This document shows positions 1 to 10,935 of a stretch of 64,000 nt of DNA, one piece after another (positions within the stretch are counted from its first letter, which is position 1; each line of letters opens with the position of its first letter). The notes under the pieces were generated by a model. That model saw nothing but the letters and a program-made list of their open reading frames with translations, did no database searches and was not told where the DNA came from. This stretch comes from Azolla caroliniana (lineage: Eukaryota > Plantae > Polypodiophyta): the NCBI GenBank assembly GCA_043228905.1, contig JBHGNT010000007.1, positions 21,514,001 to 21,578,000 on the forward strand. Direction: 5' to 3'. The position numbers and the translations under genes are program-made.

Positions 1-2306
1 TCTAGGTACATTTATTGGGAAAGGAACAATTTTACATCAATAATGTGGCTTTGTGGGCTAAAATGTCACACTATGGTGTATACTTGTTCATGTTTTCGTC
101 CTCTTTATCTATTCATATAAGCAATTCTTTTGCACTTTCGAAAACTCATATTTCTAGCATTGATAAACATAATATAGGCACTATGATTTTGCAGATCAAG
201 ATTAATCAATAGATGAAATTTTGATAACAGCAAGCATATCGTATCGTAGTTTTGTGGGCTATGATTGTTCACTTTACCCTAGTGGTCACTCCCCAAGGTG
301 TGGATAAAAGGGACTCAACTATCACAATGAGAAGCTTTGATACCCACTATTTGGTACTTTGTGCAAACTATCAAACGTATATTATATTCATGTCTATCTC
401 CTCCTAATTAATATGTCATACCAACTAAAGGGTTTTTGGTGAGAGAGGAGTAGCCATTTTATTAGAGTAAATATCAAATAGCTAAATTAGAGTTATTTTT
501 AGCTTCCCAAACAACATCAAGAAATGTAAGTATGACCTAGTCTAATTGGCACATAACAATTTTTGCCTTTCTAATAGTAGCACACTTATAAGACGTTTAT
601 AGAGCTTAAACTCCTTATTCTGGATATACCACCTTTCTCACATTGAAATGATAATGTGGCTTTCAAGATAAGCTCCGCTTGATATGATGTATTTATAAGG
701 TTTCTACAAATGTTAAATAAATTGTAGGTTCACCACACTATGTAATACATTAAATTCTAGATTGTCATTTGTCATAAAGAGGTCTTTGCATATGAAAAGA
801 GTGCCTTCTGGTTGTAGCAATTCTTAGAAACATGAATAACAATACAACTTCAACATGCACACTGTGTTGAATGGAAGTGTGGGATCGTGACCTTAGGTCC
901 TTAAGCTAACTTAATGATGGGGGATCGAGGATGCCACATGTAGAGATATGGTGAGTGTACTAAAGAATAAGGCATTACATATTGAATCATCTGTGTAAAG
1001 CATTGCCTTTATGGCATGGCCATAATATTTTAAAACTACACGCAATGTACATCATGATGTAGTCTTTTCATATATAATGAAAGAATGAGTGGATAAACTA
1101 TGTGGGAAAGGTCATGCTTTATGACATGAACGTTGTGGATTGGAGTCTAATGGAATGGACCTAATATTTACAAGCATCTAAAAAGCATGAGGGTTTTGGT
1201 ATGGGATAATATAATTTAACACTTTCTTCCTCCAAACCAAATCACCACTCACACCCCCATTGTTGAAAACCATAACACTCCCGATAAATTATTTAAGATA
1301 GAATCCTCTGACGTATTCCTCTTAAAAAATGTCCCTTGCCCTTACAATGCTCTTAGAAAACTCAATTTCCCAAAAACAAGTATTTGAAAGTGTAGCCAAT
1401 GTTATTAAATTATTTCACTATCAATAACAAGGTAGAGAAAGAGAGAATTAAGCCAAATAAGAACCAAGCATAAAATCACCAAACATATGGTTGTCGTGAG
1501 TGCATCTAAATGTTCAGGGAACCCAATTAAAGGAGATTGAAAATTCCCCCACTAAGTGAGTTTGCATGAGTGAACAAGCATGAAGTGAATGCACTTGCAC
1601 CATGTACATATCTTCTTAGTATACATCAAGGCATAGTTATAAAGAAAGAACTGAGAGGGCAATGCGAAACCTAAGTTCATTTGGTATGAATGTCATGTAT
1701 GCATGTGTGATAATGGAGACAAAATAGTAAAGGTGGGAATAGATCAACTGTTATAGTAGCTAGAATAACAATGGCGAAACAAATCACCTGCTAAGTTGAG
1801 TTCGAATGAATAGTGTGGCGTGTTAGAATCTAATAATATTGAACCATTTGATGTATTTTTCTTGCAACATATCTTGCACGACAATTATTTTCTGAAATTG
1901 GGAAGTATTTTCACAAAAGCGAAGATACAATGTACCTAGACAATGCAATGCTAGTTCAATGTATGTAGACCAAATTACGTGTCCTTAAACAAACGATGAT
2001 TAGCACTGGTGACATATGAGTAGAAGCAAACAAAATGAAGAGTTGATGTTTCGGGAAGATTACAACCATAGCAATGGGATTTTACCAAATGTCGTCCAAG
2101 TCTTGAGAACTACCAAATCACCTCTCCATTTTGAGAATACATCAATTTGCAAAATTTATTAGAATTTCATATGTTTGGGTGAATCCTTATCATTCAAAGG
2201 CTATGTTGGTAAATTTTCATTATATAACCCACAATGTGCATGAACTCGTTGTTTGAGACCAAAGTAAGTTCTAATGGTGAAAGCCTGACTCATAAATTTG
2301 TTTTTT

Positions 2307-2550
2307 ACAACTTGGTGTCAAACCTTAAAAACTAGGGAGGTACCTATGACCTAGAGCTTCAATATCAAAACAACAGGGGACAATGGAGATACAAATTAGA
2401 CTATAAATGTTTTAGTTTGTGAACATAAACAACTTGTTGGTGTCAAACCTAAAAAACTATGGAGGTACCTACGACCTGGAGCTTCAATATAAAAAGGATG
2501 GGGGATAATGGAGATGCAAATTAGACTAAAAATGTTTTAGTTTTTGAACA
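2307..2550. repeat. Tandem duplication, two copies of ~125-130 bp
   Basis: ttggtgtcaaacct(t/a)aaaaacta(g/t)ggaggtaccta...caatggagat(a/g)caaattagacta...tgttttagttt occurs twice in tandem. Confidence 0.8.
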
Positions 2551-3373
2551 TGCAAACGTGTGCATGCATGAGTTTGCTTTTGCATATTGAATCCATGTCT
2601 TTTTGGCTTGATTCTACACTAACAATGACCCAAAAGACATGATCTTAGTTGTTCATACTTGATCCATGTTATTGGTTGTTCATAACTCTTTGACTACAAA
2701 AGCATGTACAGACATTGGTCAACTCGGTTAGGTCTCAAACACGAAGATGGCAATAATTCATGAGCAAAATCAACACGAACGGCGAGTAGGTGGTTAGCCG
2801 AAGTTCGACCTGAATTAGCTTACAATAATTTATTAATCCGAAAGTCATGAACTACGTTTGATCTCCTTTGCCCGAAAGTACAACGGCCTATATATGGAAA
2901 GGTTAGAGTTGTTGTTTTGCTCGAGCGCGCCGAAGAGGATAATACAATGTATCGAGACTGAGATAGGAAATTTGTGTTTGTTTTTTTTCGGGGGGGGGGG
3001 GGGGAGAGGGGTTCAATGTATCTAGACGGAATTTTGAAGGTGTTTGTTTTCTGGTTAAGTACATTGAATGTGGTCAGAAAATGAGACCTCTTATATTTGT
3101 TTGGGTTGTTTTAACTTTTTCTTCGTAAGATATGTACAGAAATGAGAAATTATGTCGCCACAGTTTGTCCATCTAATGTCAAAAAATGAAGAAAAGATTA
3201 GACTTAAAAAAAACAAATAGTAATATTTGAAAAAGGGCAAAATAAAAAAAAAAAGGTCAGAAAAAATAAAATAAAAAGAAGAGTGCAATTAATTGTTTAC
3301 TTTCTCTCTTTCTTTTTCTTTTTTTGTTTTAAAGCGGACCACGAGCTTATCCTCTTTTGGATGCTTTTTTGAA

Positions 3374-4022
3374 ACCGAAAGGATATTCCTCAATAATATG
3401 CTTTCCTTTCGGTCTTTGTGAGAAAAAGAAATAGAAGGAAAATGGATTAGAAAAATAAAATAAAAAAAAATGAATATCCGAAATCATATGCTTCCATTCG
3501 CCGCATCGCTGACCTGGCATTTCTTGCGGCGCCTCGCGCGGCCACGCGGGCTCCCGGTTTGCCACGTCACACGGGGGCCTGCGTGGCTCCGTTGGCGCTG
3601 GCCGCCGACGTGGCGCGGGCGAGCCCGGGCACGTCAGCGAGTACGGCCCGGGGGAGATGCCACGTGGTGGGAGCGTGCGACTCGGGGCCACGACACACAC
3701 GAGCGCACGCGAGAGGAGGTGTTCGCCAGCTCAGCGCTGACGTGGGAAAGGCTGGGGCTTGTAGCACAGGTCAGCAGGGAGCGGGACACGTGGCGGTGTA
3801 GCCGAGCCACGCGGGGACGCACGTCGGGGCAGGCGCAGCCGCTAAATCTAGCGGAGGTTGTTGCCATGCCGCTAAAGTTAGCGGAGACGGAGAGAGAAGG
3901 GGGGGGGTTAGAAACCAGGCAGAGTTTATTCCTTCTTTTATATTTTTACGATGCTTTCCTATTTAACGTAATTTTTATTTTTATTTTTATTTTATTTTTG
4001 GGGCCTCTGAATATATATATAA
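3374..4022 (+). promoter_or_regulatory. Promoter of the DUF506 gene: two P1BS-like sites, GC-rich G-box/ABRE cluster and TATA-like run
   Basis: GNATATNC matches at 3381-3388 (GGATATTC) and 3472-3479 (GAATATCC). About 7 ACGT-core motifs (GCCACGTC, GACGTGGC, GCCACGTGG, TGACGTGG, GACACGTGGC etc.) lie in 3560-3830. TATATATATAA at ~4012-4022. Confidence 0.6.
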
Positions 4023-4250
4023 TTCCACTGTAGCAATGTAGAAGGCTCAATAAAAGGGGCAAGAAACCTGCTCCCCCATTTGTCTGCTAAATCTTCATCT
4101 TCTTCCTCATCGCCATCGCCATCGCCATCATGTCGACAGATTCTTCTTCTTCTTCTTCTTCTTCTTTCTGAGACCACCATCTCTGCAACACAAGCACCAC
4201 AAATAAATCCCTAAGAAACCAAGAAGAAGATCAAATCCTTCTCCTTCTCC

Positions 4251-6477
4251 ATGGCTCCGATCTCCCTCCTCCGCTCTTCTACCTCTGCTTCTAATCATTC
4301 TTCCTCCGCCTCCGCCGCGGTTATGGCTTCTGCTTCGGCTGCGAGCAAGACCATCCCCACCCCTGCGAGCTCCATCCGGCAGCAGGCTAACAACCAAGCC
4401 ACTGTCGGCGGAGGAGGAGGAGGAGGAGGAGGCGTCGGCTCCATGGTCCTAAACAATCATTTCAGCCACTCCAAGTACGCCATTAAACCTTGCACCTCCA
4501 CCAGCACAGTCCGATCCTCCGCCACCGCCGTCATCCCTAGCCATCTCCCCATCAATCTGCCCCGCCCCCCGCCGCCCGACGCCGCCGCTCGTCTCCTCCG
4601 CAATGCCAGCAATTTGAACTACTGCAGCAGCGGGAGCAACCACGAGCCGAGCTCCATGTGCCTGGCAGCCATGGTGCACGACTTCCTGGAGGAAGAATCG
4701 GACGGATCCATGAACGCAGGAGACCATTTCAACTACAATTTCGTTGAGGCGAGAGGTGGGGCCTGCGGCCTCGCCCGCTGCAACTGCGTCGACGGCGTCT
4801 GCAGCGACGTCGGACACGATGATGCCTCAGATCAGTCAGTGCATCAGGGAGCTTCTGCATCAGGAATTTCCAAGAGCACTGAGCAACTGTGCGAGATTCT
4901 GGAGGTATGTCGTTAAAATTCAGAACTTCTAATTCTAATCCTTTATGCAACGCTGTTTAAGAGGTATAATTAGCGGTAGCCGAGGAATGCTAATTAAGGC
5001 CTGCAATTTAAGGCGGAGGCATGTTAATTAAGATCTGTAAATTCAAACTTGAGCACTGGTCTGCGTAATGCTGATGATGATTAGTGACTGGCTATCAGGG
5101 TGTGTCTACTTCGTCTGTCTCGCAGGCGAAACGACCAGAGTTGGCACTACTGTTTGAGGTCGCCAAGGCCATTGAGATGGAGACGGAGGATTTGATGGCA
5201 GGTGCAGGCGGAGGCATAGGTAGCTTGGAGGAGAAGCAGTCCATGGATGATGCCTCCCTGGACGGAAACGGCAGTAATAGCAGTTTGATGAACCGTCTCC
5301 GTCGTCCCGTCATGAGACGCCTCCGCCATGAAGGTTACAATGCCGCCGTCTGCAAGTCAAGATGGAGCCATCGCGATGGAGTCCCTGCAGGTAGAAATCA
5401 AGATCCATGGAATCATATCATCATCGTCATCATCATCATTTGTCTGTCTTTAAAAATCATCATCACATCGTCTGTCATTCATCATCATCATTTGTCTGTC
5501 TTTAATAATCATCATCACATATTCTGTCTTTCATCATCATCATCATTCATCTGTCTGTCTTTCATCATCATCATCATCATCATTCATCTGTCTTTCATCA
5601 TCATCATCATCATCATCATAATCATCATCATCATCATCTTGCTTTAAGCTTCCATAGTTTCTGATCCGTTGCATGTGAATCCTTCTATGATGATGATGAA
5701 ACAGGCGATTATGAATACATCGATGTGATCCTCGACTCCTCCTCAGAGAGATCCTCTGACGATCAGAAGAGCGGGAAACCGGAACGATTGATCGTGGACA
5801 TCGATTTCCGGGCCCAATTCGAGATCGCGAGGGCATCGGCACAGTACGCACAATTGCTGGGGGTGCTCCCAAGGATATTCGTGGGGAAGGTGGAGAGGCT
5901 GAAGCAGATACTGAAGATAATGTGCGATGCGGCCAAGAGGTCTCTGAAGGAGCAAGGGCTGCACATGCCGCCATGGCGGAAGCTCAAGTATCTGCAGGCC
6001 AAGTGGTTCTCGGCGTACCGCCGGACCACGAACGCGGACATGGCCGGCGAAACGCCAGGGTCCGTGTCCGAGGAAGAATGTAAGAGGCAGCAGGCTCGGG
6101 ATCGTGCGGATGGGATGGACCGGCAAGGCCAACGGCGGGTGGCGGTCGACTTAGACCATCACGACATTCACGAGAGCCGGCTTCAGCTGGCCGGGTGTCG
6201 GGGAAGTGCTTATAGGGTCTTCTCCACTGCCTTCACTAAGGAAATGGACATGGTCTTCTTCAACAGCAAGGGGACGAGGCCGGGCCCCGGGCCGGGCCCG
6301 GGACCCAGGAGGCCCGCCACGGTGGCCACGGTCGTGTGCACGGACTGGGAACTCCCGGCATTGGAGAAGAAGATGCCCGCCCCTCATGCCGCCCCCCCCT
6401 CTGCCGCCATAGCCAGTACTTGCTCAGGCCTCTCCAAAGCTCTCAAGACGTTAGTTAGTGCCAATGTCCTTCTATAA
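4251..6477 (+). CDS. DUF506 (PDDEXK-like, plant-specific) family protein, ~572 aa, 3 exons
   Basis: Exons 4251-4904, 5099-5390 and 5705-6477 have GT-AG introns and consistent phases. Hallmark motifs: CLAAMVHDFLEE, LRHEGYNAAVCKSRW, PAG|DYEYIDV (across intron 2), RLIVDIDFRAQFEIAR, LPRIFVG, DAAKRSLK..GLHMPPWRK..YLQAKW. Confidence 0.92.
5410..5640. repeat. Compound (CAT)n / TCTGTCT microsatellite in DUF506 intron 2
   Basis: Runs of CAT are interrupted periodically by tctgtct(gtct)tt units. Confidence 0.9.
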
Positions 6478-6574
6478 GCATGTATGTAGTAGGATGTAGT
6501 AATACATACTAGCCTTCGAAATCCCTAGGCTTCTCGGCTTAATATGGCACATATTAACATTTTCAGCAAGTGAG

Positions 6575-6705
6575 TTTGCTTTTGCTTTTGCTTTTGGCTT
6601 TCGCTTTTTGCTTTTGCTTCTCTCTCTCTCTCGCTCTCTACTGAATCCTTCTTAGAGAAGGGAAGACAAAATGAAAGAAGAAGAAGAAGAAGAAGAAGAA
6701 GAAGC
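6575..6705. repeat. Microsatellites (GCTTTT)n, (CT)n and (GAA)n downstream of DUF506
   Basis: Directly visible simple repeats. Confidence 0.8.
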
Positions 6706-7559
6706 ATTATTAGTCTCTTATTACTTCAAAAAAGCATATTAAGAGCTAATTTCGACCCGTGTAATTAATCAAAATCATGTAAATATATATTATGTCAAAT
6801 ATGATAATTCTCTATAGTCACACGTGTGGATTGACGAGTCGCCACCTTATTGATGTTTAAGCCATGCACATCTCTACGTGATCAAATTTGCCAACCTTAT
6901 CCAAAAGCCATGCAATCCTTTTTACATTTTGCCAAGGATTTTGTCTACGTAGCGTATGAAAGCTGCATGCAATCCATCCCCTCGTTGATTTATTACGATC
7001 TTTCCCATTGGTACTAAGATTGTGGGTTATCTTGCTCTTATAAATGCTCATTCAGTTCATGCATGAGTCAAGAAGTTTTGAATCGTGATTCCTATGGATG
7101 CAATGAATTGACTATAGTTGGCCTCTTTGAGGTTTGAATCGGCATTTCAAATGAAGCTTATTATAGTGTTGATGTGCGATCATGACCTGGCAAGTATTGT
7201 TGAATGCTAAAATTGTAGGGGCCTTTGCTTGCAACGTGGCCATTTTTCACTAGCTAATAGGTTGATTCATTTTCCATAATAATGATTATGAGTTTACAAA
7301 ATGAGGCAACTCTTTGAATAAATGCCAAAATGAGCTAGATGATTGGTAATTTAGACTTCGTATGGCATACTATTACCAAGAAGTTGTGAAATTTCCATAC
7401 TGGATGCTACAAAAATAGAGTGGGAGAAAGGTTGGTTTCCTTTTGCAATTCCATGAATGTAAAAATACCAAGGTGGCAACTTTTGAATTGGATGCTAAGG
7501 TAGTTGGTAGCATATAAGGCCTCGTATTGCATCACTAGGATATGATTATAATAATGTGG

Positions 7560-7830
7560 CAAGTTTGGATAGGATGAGAAAAATATAATTGCGTGGTCAG
7601 TAGCTCGGGCTTTGTATCTCAAGAAGTAGAGATGATGTTTGTAATGCCGAGGGAACTAGAATGTTTGGTTGGATATACACATTGTATTTGCATGTGCAAG
7701 TTTGGATTGGATGAGAAAAATATAGTTGTGTGGTCAGTAGCTCGGGTTTTGTATCTCAACAAGTAGAGATGATGTTTGTAATGCCGAGGGAACTAGAATG
7801 TTTGGTTGGATATGCGCATTATATTTGCAA
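7560..7830. repeat. Tandem duplication, two copies of ~137 bp
   Basis: aagtttggat..gatgagaaaaatata...gtagctcgg...gccgagggaactagaatgtttggttggatat starts at 7561 and again at 7698. Confidence 0.85.
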
Positions 7831-9162
7831 TGCTAAGTTGTAGGTCATATATGCATTGATGTGGGAGGAATGGTTGATTGGATGATAATAATATAGGTGA
7901 TCTATAGGTCGAGCTTCATGTTATTGGGTTAGAAAAATTACACTCAACACATCATAAAAGCTAGCTATCAAGAGTTGAAACAACCATTGACCATTACATT
8001 GGTCATCCATTTAGAAACTTTAAATTTTCAATATTTAGTTAGAAGCCTGCCTTGTGAGTTGAGCCTTCATTACACAAGTTAACCTCTATAAACCAATTAC
8101 ATGCAAGGATTAGTCGGGAGAACAATTCGTAATGAAGTATAAATATTGGCAAGAACTATAAATAGAATCATGTGGGAAATTGATTACATCAAAGACTAAA
8201 TGTACATAATTGTTAGCCTACTTAATTAGAAACCGATTAAAGGGAAGGCTTAGCTGGTGTAGAGGAGATTTCGAAATAAGACCCACATAGTGACAAGAAC
8301 TACAAACTACAAACATCATGTTAGAGAACCATAAGATAAACGACCAAGGGTGGTAAAGACAAAAATTAGTACTAACTTCAAAGTTTAGCTATAAATATCA
8401 CGTGAAAGATTGATTAGTATGAACCGATAAAATAAGCTAGTACACGCAATAGCATATCTGTCATGGTTTTATTAAGGCTTTAAATACTACCTTTGAGATT
8501 GGGGCTTTCAAAAAGTATGGAGTGCCTCAAAACAGTGATGAGCAACCTTTCAGAAAAAGAATGAGTGTCTCAAAAAAGTAATACTTATTAAGTATGGAAA
8601 TTAATATAGAGCTTGTTACCACTTTTTTATACAAAAATGAATTACAATTGAAAAAAACATCATGCTATCCAATTGACTCCCATGCTACAAAATTATATTA
8701 ATCAAATGAGAAAAACGTCTCAATTTTATAAAAGGAAATTTGACTAGTATTCGGATCCAAGCATAGAGACTTTAGAGTGAATAAACATAACCCTTTATTA
8801 AAACAAGAAAAGATGTGAAACAAATTGTAAAATTTTAACATAAAGATATTAAACTATAGTGGGTGTTTTGGACAATATTGTATAAATATGAAGTTGAGGT
8901 TCTTTTGCTTCACATTGTAGATTTGTTCCAATTCAATATGTAATGCAAGTCAAAGCTAGTTTTAACGAGCACAAACCAATGTTTAAGAGTAACTTAACCT
9001 AAATGCTTAAAAGCTTAGGTGGCATGCTTATCTTCTAAGATTATTAGGCTCTTAGATATTTTTTAACATGATTTGATTGGTGGTTTTTCGTGCAAGCTTC
9101 AAATCAAGATCATAATTTAATGATCATGGATCCCTTTAACAAGCACTAAAGTGGGTTGTTTA

Positions 9163-9285
9163 GAGAGACCCTTTTAGCAACCCAATTAATGACATTCACA
9201 CACTAAAAATGGGTGTTGTAATGATTCTGATTAAAAAGAAGACACATGTAATATATTTTCAAATAACCTCTCTTTTTAGTATCAT

Positions 9286-9323
<38 letters not shown>

Positions 9324-9863
9324 GATGGATGTAGCTCAGTTACTAAGGTTGCCCAATAGAGACCAGGAGGTCATGGGTTCAACCCCTACATTCCACAATG
9401 GCATCTAGTGAATTAAAAAGAGATATGTATGAAGTATCTAATAGAGAGGTGAGATAATTGGGTTTCGAACCCAAGACATATTGCTTGTAGTTTAACAATT
9501 TATCACAGTAAGGTACTTACGATAAAAAAGAGAACGAGAGACCCTTTTAGCAACCCAATTAATGACATTCACACACTAAAAATGGGTGTTGTAATGATTA
9601 TGGTTCACTAGGGTAAGGTACTTACGATAAAAAAGAGAACGAGAGACCCTTTAGCAACCCAATTAATGACATTCACACACTAAAAATGGGTGTTGTAATG
9701 ATTATGGTTCACTAGGGTAAGGTACTTACGATAAAAAAGAGAACGAGAGACCCTTTAGCAACCCAATTAATGACATTCACACACTAAAAATGGGTGTTGT
9801 AATGATTATGGTTAAAAAGAAGACACATAATATATGTTCAAATACCCTCTCTTTTTAGTACCA

Positions 9864-9914
<51 letters not shown>

Positions 9915-10125
9915 CAGATGGATGTAGCTCAATTGGTAAGGTTGCCCAATGGAGACCAGGAGATCATGGGTTCAACCCCTACATTCCACAATGGCATCTA
10001 GTGAATTGAGAGATATGTATAAAGTATCTAATAGGGAGGTAACAAATTTGGGTTTCAAACCCGAGACATAGGTGAATGTAATGTAACAACTTACCACTAG
10101 GGTAAGCTAATTACGATAAAAAGAG
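9163..10125. repeat. Tandem array: two ~375-bp units, each with (GA)n and tRNA-derived (SINE-like) heads, separated by two ~105-bp deletion derivatives
   Basis: gagagaccc(t)tttagcaacccaattaatgacattcacacactaaaaatgggtgttgtaatgatt occurs 4 times (~9163, 9536, 9641, 9745). The long units carry an A-box (TAGCTCAGTTAC / TAGCTCAATTGG) and B-box GGTTCAACCCC at ~9325-9397 and ~9918-9990. Confidence 0.8.
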
Positions 10126-10389
10126 AGACAAAGATTAAAATGGAAGATAATACTCATTGTTTCATACAATGTTTAATTGTTCATTAGATTTGGGGCTATA
10201 TTTCTCAAATTCTGCAATTTTTCTCGTGATTTCAAGACAATGGGTGTTTGCCCAATTCACACAACTTGAGAGGAGATCAAAGATAGAGTTCATTTTTCAA
10301 TTTTTGAGATGTTGGGGATTGCATCATAATTGAGATATGGGCAATGTTTTTGCATGTGGGTACACATGCAATTAGGGCATATATACAAT

Positions 10390-10738
10390 TAGGAATCGAC
10401 AATGGTATGGTTTTAGTTTAAGCGGTTTGGCCTTCTCCAAACCAAACCAGTTAAGCTTTAATCGGTTTGGGAGTTTCCAAACTTGAATTTAATCGATTCC
10501 TAAACCGATTTGGTCAAACTGATTAAGCCTAAACTGGTTTGGTTTAGGAACTAGTTTGGCCATGCAAATTAAGGCTTAAATGGTTTTATTCAAAACGGTT
10601 TGGTTTAGCATGAGCCATCCCAAAATGGTTTGGTTAAGGAAGTTCAAGCCTGAACTCGAGCCAAACTGATTTGCCAAACCGTTTGAAAACGGTTTAATGG
10701 CTCGATTTAGGCTTGAGCTGATCCATTGCTAACTCCTA
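10390..10738. mobile_element. Non-autonomous hAT-like MITE (AAACCG/CGGTTT-rich), copy 1
   Basis: Imperfect TIRs TAGGAATCGACAATGG...CCATTGCTAACTCCTA. Internal aaaccg/cggttt repeats. Homologous to 23292-24303. No clear TSD remains. Confidence 0.65.
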
Positions 10739-10935
10739 TTATCAGGACCATCATATGTGGGACAACCTTGTATAAAATTCAACTTGATGCATTGTATGTT
10801 GAACACTAGAACTTTCTAGAAAGTTCTGGTGATAGATTGTTTCTTGACTTGGAGAAAATTTGTATGAAAATGATATTTGACATTTTCAAACTCTTTCTAA
10901 TTGATCTTAGCCGGTTCATATTTTTGTAGCTAACC

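Noticed and set aside
1-2300. Coding or RNA features in the AT-rich start of the window (also 43400-47800)
   Set aside because: Only short ORFs without motifs are present. Probably heavily decayed repeats that I cannot assign by eye.
3347-4033. Several overlapping ORFs of 66-187 aa
   Set aside because: They arise from the GC-rich promoter island, have no recognisable domain and run into AT-rich low-complexity tails.
5391-5647. Poly-Ile/His hydrophobic tail of ORF 5084-5647 (and the antisense poly-Asp ORF)
   Set aside because: This is read-through into the (CAT)n microsatellite of intron 2. Splicing 5390>5705 restores the conserved GDYEYIDV motif.
9536-9810. CRISPR-like repeat-spacer array
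   Set aside because: The intervening sequences are identical rather than unique spacers, the context is eukaryotic and there are no cas genes.
9325-9990. Functional tRNA genes
   Set aside because: A and B boxes are present, but the acceptor and anticodon stems are mismatched. Treated as tRNA-derived repeats.
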